A DNA stretch of 64,000 bases. Source: Macrostomum lignano. Taxonomy: Eukaryota. Under the pieces are notes generated by a model. That model saw nothing but the letters and a program-made list of their open reading frames with translations. It was not told where the DNA came from and did not search any database. The DNA is taken from NCBI GenBank assembly GCA_002269645.1, contig NIVC01003213.1, forward strand, positions 1 through 64,000, written 5' to 3'. Numbering within the stretch: the stretch's first letter is position 1; the number at the start of each line of letters is the position of its first letter. This document shows positions 1-9,228 of this stretch, piece after piece. A program made the position numbers and the translations under genes.

Positions 1-1
1 C

Positions 2-169
2 ACCAGAGGGAGCGGCTCTGTGGTACGGACAGAAGGAGGGCAACTGCGGCTGGAGATTCGCTTCCGACAGGCTCTGGACGAAACGGTGTCCCTGATCGCT
101 CTGTGCCTGTATGACTCGTTGATTGAGGTCACCAAGCACCGGGAGCTTTTGCTGGACTATTCCTCTTAA
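2..169 (+). CDS. Polinton major capsid protein (double jelly-roll, PY), C-terminal fragment
   Basis: Frame 2 reads TRGSGSVVRTEGGQLRLEIRFRQALDETVSLIALCLYDSLIEVTKHRELLLDYSS*, matching the typical Polinton MCP C-terminus (G.LRLE..F...L.ET+.+I....++.++EI...R.+..DY). It lies directly upstream of the protease. Confidence 0.8.
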   Translation, partial: TRGSGSVVRTEGGQLRLEIRFRQALDETVSLIALCLYDSLIEVTKHRELLLDYSS

Positions 170-174
170 TTGGC

Positions 175-696
175 ATGGACGCAATTCAACTACTTAATCT
201 CGCCAGAAAATTTTTGTCTTGCCGAAAATTTCTCATCATTACTTTACATTCACGCTATAAAAATGTTTTGCCTTTGAGTCTAAAAAGAAAATATCGATCA
301 ATTTCCTTTGAAAATAAGTTTGTTTTTGTTCTACGAGTACTACAGCACAATGGTTCATTTGGTCATTGGGTGGTGTGCTATGTTGGACAAGGAAATTGCA
401 TTGAGCTGTTCAACTCCCTCGGCTGGGAACCTGAAATTTTATCTGTGGTTTATAATTTGTTTAGAGAGATTAAAACAACTGGCTTTTGGCTCCGAAGCAA
501 TATAAACAGATTTCAATGTGCTAACTCTAATAAATGCGGAATGTTTTGCATCTATTTTGCTTATCAAAAGTTTCTGTTCAATCGGTCATTTGAGGGGATT
601 TTGAAGCATTTGCATGCTAATGAAAAAAATCATTTGAATGATAGAATCTTACAGAGGTTTGAAGCCAACTTAAGAAAAGATGTGCGTGATTTCTAA
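175..696 (+). CDS. Adenain-like (adenoviral-type) cysteine maturation protease
   Basis: Motifs GHWVV, IELFNSLG and Q-C-x-x-S-x-K-CGMFC (His/Glu-Asp/Gln/Cys catalytic set); Polinton context. Confidence 0.9.
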   Translation: MDAIQLLNLARKFLSCRKFLIITLHSRYKNVLPLSLKRKYRSISFENKFVFVLRVLQHNGSFGHWVVCYVGQGNCIELFNSLGWEPEILSVVYNLFREIKTTGFWLRSNINRFQCANSNKCGMFCIYFAYQKFLFNRSFEGILKHLHANEKNHLNDRILQRFEANLRKDVRDF

Positions 697-712
697 TATT
701 TATGCATTAGAC

Positions 713-1359
713 ATGGCAGAAAAGCGAGTTTGCCACGATATCCGCCTCAGGCAGGGAAGCTGCATGATTGTCTGCGGGCCCACCAATGCAGGAAAAACAA
801 CCTTCATCAAACACCTGATCCAGTACAGAGACGTCATGTTTGATGTGAAGCCTGGCAGAGTTCTGTGGTACTATGGGATCTCACAGGCAGGCCATGCAGA
901 ACTGAGCAGCCTAGGTGTGCAGCTGCGCCAGGGTTTTCCCACCAACATCGAGGCAGCACTTAGGCCCAATGACCTGGTTGTTTTCGATGACTTAATAGAG
1001 GAAACTTCAAACTCTGCTTCAATGCGAAATTTTTTCACAGGAATCGCACATCACTTGCCGTGCTTCTTGGTGATGCTGACTCAGAATATATTTTTTAAGG
1101 GAAAAGAGTCGCGAACAATGAGCTTGAATGTAATGTACTTAGCTATCTTGAAAAACCCAGAGACCAGCTGCAGATTACAGCACTGGGCAGGCAGTGCTTT
1201 ACAGAGAAGCCCGGCTTTCTGCTGTCAGTGTTCAAGCACGTGACCGCGCAGAACAGGGGAGCCTACCTGTTCCTAGACTTTCACCCATCAACTCCCGATG
1301 AGCTGCGAGTGCGGGCCAGAATTCTGCCCAACCAGCGACCCCATCTTGTATTTGCTTAA
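713..1359 (+). CDS. A32/FtsK-like genome-packaging ATPase, frameshifted near 1159
   Basis: Walker A GPTNAGKTT, Walker B LVVFDD, and the LTQN motif. Restoring one A at ~1159 gives KNPRDQLQITALGRQ...AYLFLDFHPSTPDELRVRARILP, ending at TAA 1357-1359. Confidence 0.9.
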
Positions 1360-1401
1360 GAAAGTGAAGCTTGTTTTTTATCGGCTATTGTTTTCATCGC
1401 T

Positions 1402-1740
1402 ATGGAAGTGCTTGATTCACATGCAAGTCTTTTTGCGGTTCTTGCGTCACCTAAATATAACGTGCGCTTCAAGCGGCTGTTGATAAAAAATTGTCCAAAA
1501 GAAGTGCGTTAATTTCTTGTCGAGGCCTGCCATAATCTCTTACAAAACAATTTATTGTTTTCGATCGATGAAAAAGCTGTTCTTGCAAAGTCAAAAGAGA
1601 TAATTCGAAAGATTACTCACAAAAGAAGAAAGACAGACTTGTTGAAGGCTGGCTTCATTAAAATACTCCCGATTCTGCTTAAGCTGGTAAAGAAGAAGAA
1701 GCAAAATGAACAAATTTTCAGAAATGGTTCTGATTCCTAA
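1402..1740 (+). pseudogene. Small basic Polinton/adintovirus accessory ORF with an in-frame stop at 1510-1512
   Basis: ATG 1402 MEVLDSHASLFAVLASPKYNVRFKRLLIKNCPKEVR*FLVEACHNLLQNN...LLKAGFIKILPILLKLV is in frame with ORF 1555-1740. It resembles the conserved small Lys-rich Polinton ORF that ends in a GF-x-x-LLP-x-L amphipathic segment. Confidence 0.6.
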
Positions 1741-2302
1741 AGCAGAGTATGAGATGTTGATGCAGAATTTGAAGCCAAATGAGAATAGCACTGACGCTAA
1801 CTTGAAGCAGGCTCAGAAGAAATGCGATGATATCTTGTATGCCGAAGATTGTCCAGAAGATGTGAAAACCACCATGTATCAAAGTGCAATGCAAAGTTTG
1901 CTGGCCAGACGCAAGCACGCTGGAAAAGAAGGAGCACGCAATACTGAAGCCAAGTTGATGAAAACAGAGACACCACAGATGAACACCTGGGATGAGAAGA
2001 TCAGCAAGTCGGTGCCACAGAAATTCAAAACCAGGGCTCGCAGTCTATGGACGATCCTGTCCACCAATCCAGAGCTGATTCGAGTTTGTGAAAACGGGGA
2101 GGTGGAAATCACAGGCACGTCAATCCCTTCCTCAAACATACTGGACTTGATTCAGCACGCAGTGAGGGATTCGCCATGTGAGCGTGAACCAGTTGGGTGG
2201 AACGAGTTCATTGATTTGCTGCAGCAGAAAAAGCTTAATGTTCCGCTTTCCGCTGTTGGTAAATCAGTTAAAAAAGAAAATGGCAAACAGCAGAGGGAGT
2301 GA
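1706..2302 (+). CDS. Conserved Polinton hypothetical protein (may extend to 2399 if one extra A near 2270 is removed)
   Basis: N-terminal MVLIP and internal KARSLW...GEVEITG..IPSSNILDLI are recognisable from recurrent Polinton ORFs. The alternative frame ends ...KGYGSNTAWLKLP. Confidence 0.6.
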   Translation: MNKFSEMVLIPKAEYEMLMQNLKPNENSTDANLKQAQKKCDDILYAEDCPEDVKTTMYQSAMQSLLARRKHAGKEGARNTEAKLMKTETPQMNTWDEKISKSVPQKFKTRARSLWTILSTNPELIRVCENGEVEITGTSIPSSNILDLIQHAVRDSPCEREPVGWNEFIDLLQQKKLNVPLSAVGKSVKKENGKQQRE

Positions 2303-2427
2303 ACTGGAGAAAGAACAGGAGAGTCTAGTCAAGGGGTACGGGAGCAACACAGCCTGGCTGAAACTGCCTGCCAGAAAAGTATATAAGAAGGTGGACTGAC
2401 TCCGAAATTTCGAGGGAAAGCTGCATC

Positions 2428-3279
2428 ATGAACTACATTGACTTCCAAGGATTCCCGTGCAACAGCACAAGCAAAAGATTTGTTGTGAAAGAGTTGGCAG
2501 TTGTTCAAGTCAGAGCGGGAAGCTACCGAATTGCTCACCATGTGTACGCACCTCCGTATCCATGGGAGAGAGTCTCCACTGACATGCGAGTTTGCTACAG
2601 ACAGCTATCAAAGAGTCTGCACCAGTTTAAGTGGAGTGATGGAACCCGTCCGTACATGGAACTGGCGGAAGACATTCTGAGGATTGCCAGTGGTCCGATC
2701 TGGACAAATGGGGAAAGGAAGGCTATTTTCCTGACTGAGCTGCTTGGTAGACAGGTTTATAACCTAGAAGATTTGGGAGCACCCTCGATTAAAGATTCAG
2801 ATACTGGCTGTGCAGTGAGAAATTCATTGCTGCACTACAGTTGGCTTAAGCCAAAGTTCTGCATCAACTTAAGAAGCGAGCAGTGTCCGTGGCACAGGGG
2901 CAGTGAAGTTGGCAGAAGATTTGGTGAAGAAGTCAAGGATCAAAATGAGTCCACCTGCAGCTACAGCCCTAAGAGTGAGCAATCTGGTTGGCGGAGTGGA
3001 TCTGAGACTGGATGGTGGCAGGGGCGCCCAGCTGCCTCTACGGGAACTGGCTCTCAGCATGGCTCATGTGATCTACCGGCCCGTCTGGCCCCGGGTGCTC
3101 ATCAAGCGGATGCGAAGTCCCAGAGTGACTCTGCTACTCTACCCTACTGGGCAACTGAGCATCTGTGGCGCCAAGACCCACGCAGACGCCAAAAGGGCTG
3201 CCCGTCGCTTCATGGCTATGCTGCATCGGAGAGTGCCGGATCAACTGCTGCCTCATCAAACTATTTGTGTTCGAATTAA
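2428..3279 (+). CDS. Putative DEDD/RNase-H-like-fold nuclease family protein of Polintons (folded domain about 2428-2860; the rest overlaps the TBP-like gene)
   Basis: Motifs YIDFQGF...FVVKELA...HHVYAPPYPW...LHQFKWSDG..PY...TNGERK...VYNLEDLGAP...CAVRN..W. The N-terminal D-x-Q/E strand suggests a DEDD-like fold (inference). Confidence 0.55.
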   Translation: MNYIDFQGFPCNSTSKRFVVKELAVVQVRAGSYRIAHHVYAPPYPWERVSTDMRVCYRQLSKSLHQFKWSDGTRPYMELAEDILRIASGPIWTNGERKAIFLTELLGRQVYNLEDLGAPSIKDSDTGCAVRNSLLHYSWLKPKFCINLRSEQCPWHRGSEVGRRFGEEVKDQNESTCSYSPKSEQSGWRSGSETGWWQGRPAASTGTGSQHGSCDLPARLAPGAHQADAKSQSDSATLPYWATEHLWRQDPRRRQKGCPSLHGYAASESAGSTAASSNYLCSN

Positions 3280-3529
3280 AACTATTACTGCTCATGGACG
3301 TTTTAAGCTCCAAAATGCGCTACCGCTTACTGAACTTCTTAAAGTTTTGCCCAAAGCCCAGTATGAACCAGAAACATTTTCAGCTTTAGTTTGTCAACTT
3401 AAGTATTGTAAATGCTTGCTTTTTCATAATGCTTCTTATATTCTAAGTGGGGCAAAATCTCTGCGTATGCTAAAATCCGACAGTTCTTCCCTGTTTCGCT
3501 CTGTTAACACACTTATGCAACTAAAATAA
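2945..3529 (+). CDS. TATA-box-binding protein (TBP/TFIID)-like protein, intronless, core only (194 aa from ATG 2945)
   Basis: Two TBP repeats align with canonical TBP by eye. VSNLVG...LPLRELAL...IYRP...LIKRMRSPRVTLLLYPTGQLSICGAK..ADAKRAARRF matches LQNIVS...LDLKTIAL...EYNP...[26 protein letters not shown]...SRLAARKY. YEPETFSALV...LLFHNASYILSGAK matches YEPELFPGLI...LIFVSGKVVLTGAK. Confidence 0.88.
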   Translation: MSPPAATALRVSNLVGGVDLRLDGGRGAQLPLRELALSMAHVIYRPVWPRVLIKRMRSPRVTLLLYPTGQLSICGAKTHADAKRAARRFMAMLHRRVPDQLLPHQTICVRIKTITAHGRFKLQNALPLTELLKVLPKAQYEPETFSALVCQLKYCKCLLFHNASYILSGAKSLRMLKSDSSSLFRSVNTLMQLK

Positions 3530-3891
3530 AGCACAATAATTACCCGTCTTTAATCTTCCGACAAGAACTAGCAGAAAAAAACTTTAATTTAACTTTAATA
3601 CGAGCTATGCCTTGTTTACTAGTTTTATTTTTTGGCTACAAAAGATGCTAAAAAAATTGTCAGCAAACTGCAACACAGCGAAAATTGATACTAATATTAA
3701 AAGAACATAGGAAAAGAAAGAAAATGAAAATGCTAACACTCATAAAAGTTAAGCAAGTTTTGAAAAAGCAATGGCACGTTAAAGAAAAGTACTATAGCAT
3801 TTATGCAGACAAAATGTACATTGCGTTCCAAAAACCAAAATGCAAAGCTGAGCAAATGCTCAATTCAAAGTACGCACTAGTCAAATGTATG

Positions 3892-6542
3892 TTATTGCAT
3901 CCTCATTTGCTTGGGAGCCTGATCAGCAGCTAGTTGAGGTGCTTCTTGATTGTAACGGCGGCAGCTGTGGCGGCAGGGGTCTCTTAAAGCAAAGTGCCCA
4001 TACGGAAGACTTTGGTTTGGGGAAGTCCACGCACGCTTGTCCTCCCATACAGTCAGAGCACGCTTCTGTTGCTCTAAAGTGACTACTCTGTGTCGTCGGC
4101 TAGCGATTCTGCGTGTCAAGACGCGAAGCTCCTTCAAACTGGCAAACGCCTGCATGTAGTCATCGTGTGTGATTTCTGCCCGCAGCACACTCTTCTGAAC
4201 ACCTTTGGCTGCCTTCTTCCCTCCAGACTCGGCCTTCATCGAGTATAGTTTTGGTCTCAAAAGGATCCATTCACGATGGGGGTTGCCTGCAGATTCGTCC
4301 TTTATGCAGCCTAACTTGGCTTTTAGATCATCGGATCGGAATTGATGGTCGGCCGGGAAGTTTGAGGTATCTAGCAATCGCTGGCGAATGAGTTCTGGTA
4401 GAACAGCACTCTGAACATCGATGTTTTTAAAGCACAGAAAGAAGGAATCGGTGTCCCCACCGCATAGGGAAACTCCTTGTTGGAGAGCAGGATTCTCAAA
4501 TGTTGGCTTTAGCTTTCCATAGTACAATCGGTACATCGCCAGCTTAGAGTCATCTAAAACACATTGACCAACGTAGATTGGGCGGTCAAGAGTGACTGAT
4601 GTCTTGAAAAATTGAAAAACTACTAAGTCTTGAGTCACAATCGTAAAGTCCTTAAGATTCGGACGCGATGAATAGATTTCGGACTGCTCCTCGTTGTTAG
4701 AAATTCGAACACTGAGCCTCTTCCGTACGTTTTCCATCGTTTTGCCGAACAGGGAGTTATTCTTCAGTTTGTAATAGTCTTTTTCGAATTCCGTTGTAGC
4801 CACTGAGCGCTTTTTGCTGTTTCTGTCAATGTAGGCTTGGAAAATTGCAGCTTGACAAAATCGAATAGCTCTTCGGATCTTTTTTAGTCGCATACCGTGA
4901 CGCAAGTAGAACTTCAAAATTCGGAAATGTACGACGTAGGATTCCTTGTCATGACATGTGAGTAAAAGTTTCACACAGCCTTTGTACGGCTCGTTGCGAG
5001 TGTTCAATTCGCCCCAAAGACGTTTCATGAATGGCGGAAACTCTTCGAGCTTAGGCGCGGCCTTCTCGGGGGCAAATGGCAAATCTTGTGTCTGCGTGTG
5101 GATTACATCTGGATATTCCAAATCAACCTCAAATAGGTAGCCAACTGGACCATCGTCATCCAATTTAAGTAGCTTCTCTTCTGTCCATTCACACAGTTCT
5201 TCTTCACTAAGCCACTCAAAGTCACTGACGGGTAGTTTTTCGGACAGCGCTTGCCCGTAGAGATTATTCATGTCTACGGGGAGCAAAGAATTTGTCTCGG
5301 CATTAGAAGCTGCGCTTGATGAATCTGCACCATCTGACGACTGGTGACTGGTGACTGGTCCGGCAGTAACATGATGAACGTTCGTGAAGGTCATTCCTCC
5401 ACGAATGCCAAGCTCAAAGAGTCTGTACTTCTCAGCATCGTCGAGCAACTGGAGCGGTGTTGGCGCGGATTTCAGCGCGGAATCAAATGATAGACCTGGT
5501 GTAGTAAAGTAGTGGGCTGGGTCAAGACCGTCATCATGGAGACTCAAACGGCGAAAGTTCTGAAAACATCGGCAAGTTGACGGATGTCAAGCTGCAGGTA
5601 GGCAAGCATGTAGTCGTGCAAATTTTTTGCTTCGATCTGCTCCCAGGCTTTGCGCGCATGAGCACAGCTCTCCTCACTGCAAGCTGTCTTTGTCAGAGAG
5701 TTGAAAAACTCTTCTCTGCTCGGAAGTTCGGTCACTGCCAAATTCGCGGGGGATTTGACGAAATCATAGGGAAAGACTCCCTTGATAGACAATGTTTCAT
5801 TAGTTAACTTTGGAAAGCAGCTTTTCATTTGCTGAGTGAATTTTCTGTCCTGGAGAGGTAAGTTGCGAATCAGTTTGTCTAGACCCGCGTTTAAAAACTG
5901 GAATGAATCGAGGAACTGCAGAGTGAAGAAAATTGTTTTCTTTTTGCCTTTCGGTAGAGTGATTTCGGCGATTGGGAAATCTATTCGAAGAGACATATAG
6001 CGTTCAGAAGTCTGAGGAATGACACTCAGCTTCCAGTTTTTCATATTTCCTAACGCTGTTGAAAACAGGAGGTGCATGTCATAATTTCGGAGATTATGGA
6101 AGAAAATCGGCAGAAATCTTCGGCGAAGTTGCGCTAATTTGTTACACCGTGAACATGCGGCGCCTTTGAATTTTCCAGTCAGATGATCATGGTCATAGTG
6201 CTTGTCATTAGTGTCAGTAAACTGTCGATCACAGTAATGACAGTTGGAGGATTCACTGAAGATTTGACTAGCAGTAGTGTCTGCTTCAGCCGTTTGGTAG
6301 CTGTGCCTTCTGTTCCAGTCATAGACTTCTCGAGCCACGCGTTCCAGCTCATGAAGAAACGTTTCCATACACTCCAATGGATTTGAACTGGAGACCAACT
6401 TCACATGACCTTGATCCTTGAGTGGTGGTCCCTTCATGCCTTCACGAGCAACGAGTAGAAATCCACCCGCTGCAGGCAGATGCTCGGAAATAAAGACGGT
6501 TTTGCCAGTTACCATGCCCTCATCTGGTCTTGCTTGTACATG

Positions 6543-6577
<35 letters not shown>

Positions 6578-8536
6578 GTGTGCTGCAGACTTGCTCATTG
6601 TCGCTGACCTCCATTTCCTCAACCTTCTGATGCATGACCTCTCGAGTGTGGGGGCCTAGCGGAGAATTAAATGCTTCAATATCAGCATAGATAGCGAACG
6701 GTGCTTCAATAGTTTTGAAGTAGTTTTGAAAAGACAGCACGCTGCGCTTCTCAGTAGGAACTCGTTCCTTGACAGCAAACTCATTAGAGCGATAGCACTG
6801 CTCTCTGTGCTCACTTAGCTTCTGATCAGTTACGAAAGAGCTCAAGCAGCGTTCACACCATTTTCTGTGGTAAAGACCGCTTTTACTGTTTAGTAGCCTA
6901 TCAAGGCTCACAATTCCGCACCAGTGTTTATCCTCTTCATCCTTGTTAGCTGATTTGTTCAATAGTAGGAGAAGAACTACTTTGCGACTGCATGCGACTT
7001 CAACTCGTGGCTGCCTCAGCACACTGACACCGTTACTGCTTGACCAAGAAAAAACTACAAAACATAACCTCGGGTTCAGTAATTCGATTCGATTTAGCTG
7101 GTTGAGTCCAACGGGTAAGGAAATTCCTGAAAGATTGATATCGTTCAACCAGTCCTTGTAAGTAGAAAGCCTTTGAGGGTTTTTCCTCAAATTCTCATCA
7201 CCGTGATGCAGCACTGCAAGGCAGGCATACAAAAAACAATCAGAGCCAGTACTAGGAGGATTGATGACGGCTTTTTTGCCTTCAGCAGAGGAGGTAATTC
7301 AAAATTGCTTGCGTGACCAGAGTAGAAGCGCAGTCTTTGACCAACCGCAATATTCAAGTCGATGCAGTTGACGCGCACAATCACCCAACCACTGCCATTT
7401 GTGTTCATCTTCTCAATGATGCCTTCGCAACCATCAATCTGCTGCTTCCACCAATCATCAAAGCAAGCGGCGTCATTGACAGGTTGCAAACGAGTGCTTA
7501 CCCATCTTTCTTCCTGGTTCACCACTTCACCAGCTTGGATTCTGTTCATTCGGATGCTCATTTTTAGCTGCGCTCTAACTAAAAGATTTGGATTCACCAT
7601 CTTCTCGAATACAATTCGCTGTATTGCTTCCCTGCTCCGTCGGGCGAGTTCAAATGGGTCACATGGTGCATCGCTTGGCACGGAAATTCGATACACCACC
7701 AGAGTTTCGTTGTGCGCACTTGCTACTTGCTGAATGTCTAAAATGAAAAATTAACAGCTTTGCTTATTTTCTGTTACTCAAAAGATGGTATTCCATGATA
7801 ATGAAATTTAGACTCAATAAGCACACTTAAATCGAATTTCTCGATTTTTAAATACAAAACTTCGAATGCACCCAGGAATTAAATAACTTAAGGCTGAAAT
7901 TAAAAATGTTGTTGACTCACGATAAGGATGAATATTGCTGGCACCGTTGTTTTCGATCAAGCTGAGTTCACTTCCTGCACTGCCGCCGCCGGTGTCGCTT
8001 CCTGCACTGCCGCCGCCGGTGTCGCTTCCTGCACTGCCGCCGCCGGTGTCGCTTCCTGCACTGCCGCCGCCGGTGTCGCTTCCTGCACTACCACCGCCGG
8101 TGTCGCTTCCTGCACTGCCGCCGCCGGTGTCGCTTCCTGCACTGCCGCCGCCGGTGTCGCTTCCTGCACTGCCGCCGCCGGTATCGCTTCCTGCACTGCC
8201 GCCGCCGGTGTCGCTTCCTGCACTACCACCGCCGGTGTCGCTTCCTGCACTGCCGCCACCGGTATCGCTTCCTGCACTGCCGCCGCCGGTGTCGCTTCCT
8301 GCACTGCCGCCACCGGTATCGCTTCCTGCACTACCACCGCCGGTGTCGATCAGACTGGAACCGCTACTAGCACAATCTTGCTTAGTGTTGTTGGTGTCGG
8401 TTTCAGAGAGCCCATCGAAATCACTCTCCGAGTAGTCTGCCCCGGAACTTGATTCAGACCAATTATCTTCGCTCTCTGATTCTGACCAGCAGTCACAATC
8501 GGACTCTGAAAACTCGCTTGAGTCCTGCTCTGCCAC
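3892..8536 (-). CDS. Protein-primed family B DNA polymerase (pPolB) with an endonuclease VII-like insert; split by two 1-nt frameshifts and a predicted intron (7920-7738)
   Basis: Segments 8536-7921, 7737-~7272, ~7271-~5563 and ~5562-3892. Motifs: GSGW, ExoI YADIEA, DHDHLTGKFKGAACSRCN (Endo VII-like), FFHNLRNYD, FLDSFQF, KGVFPYD, IRGGMT, DMNNLYG, KLKNNSLFGKT, GDTDS. The start codon/first exon was not located. Confidence 0.95.
7971..8348 (-). repeat. 27-bp coding tandem repeat, ~14 units encoding DTGGGSAGS
   Basis: Unit ttcctgcactgccgccgccggtgtcgc on the + strand; open in the PolB 5' exon frame. Confidence 0.9.
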
Positions 8537-8874
8537 TTTGCCTGTTATTTGGTTCCCTTAGCTGTAATTAGTTGAGTGGTCAAATACATCTCTAATACAA
8601 AGTATGGATACAAATTAAACTTTCAAACTATTTTATTCATGCGAGAAACTAATTGAAATTAGTTTTACTAATTTTACTAAACTAATTGAAATTGATTAAA
8701 TAGAAACGAAATTCCAACTTATCCAGTCATAATGAAGTAAAAAATCGAATGCTAGCAGTATATTTTTACTTCAATTTTTCTGCATCAAAGTATTTAGACT
8801 TACAATTACAATGCTATCAGGGTAAGCTTTTGATTGTCAAAATGAATTTCATAGCCCCTGCCAGTTACCGCAGG

Positions 8875-8950
8875 CAAAAAAGGTTGAAAACTGGGGCTAC
8901 GACCGGTGCTGCCAAAAAAGGTTGAAAACTGGGGCTACGACCGGTGCTGC
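8875..8950. repeat. 38-bp direct repeat, 2 copies
   Basis: caaaaaaggttgaaaactggggctacgaccggtgctgc occurs twice in tandem. Confidence 0.85.
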
Positions 8951-9228
8951 TTGAGGCAGTTCTAGATTTTCAAAAACTTGTATTCATATTTGAGTCAACA
9001 ATTACATGATTGGCTTATTTAATTGTAGATTGATACTACTAAAAGCTATGATGCTCGAAATATTCTATCTAGCTTTGCTAATCGCTATTGATTTAAACAA
9101 AAAACACTTCTTGGCTTATTGTAAATAAAAAAGCTAAAGTACAAATTAAAGTAAAAAAATGTAAGTTAAACTGAATTTTTAAGATACACAATAGCCAAGA
9201 ATGACCAAGTGACCAAGAATTCGCTTGC

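Noticed and set aside
7928-8452. + strand ORFs (SCTAAAGVA; LPALPPPVS) across the 27-bp repeat
   Set aside because: Alternative frames of the repeat. The minus-strand frame is preferred because it splices in frame to PolB.
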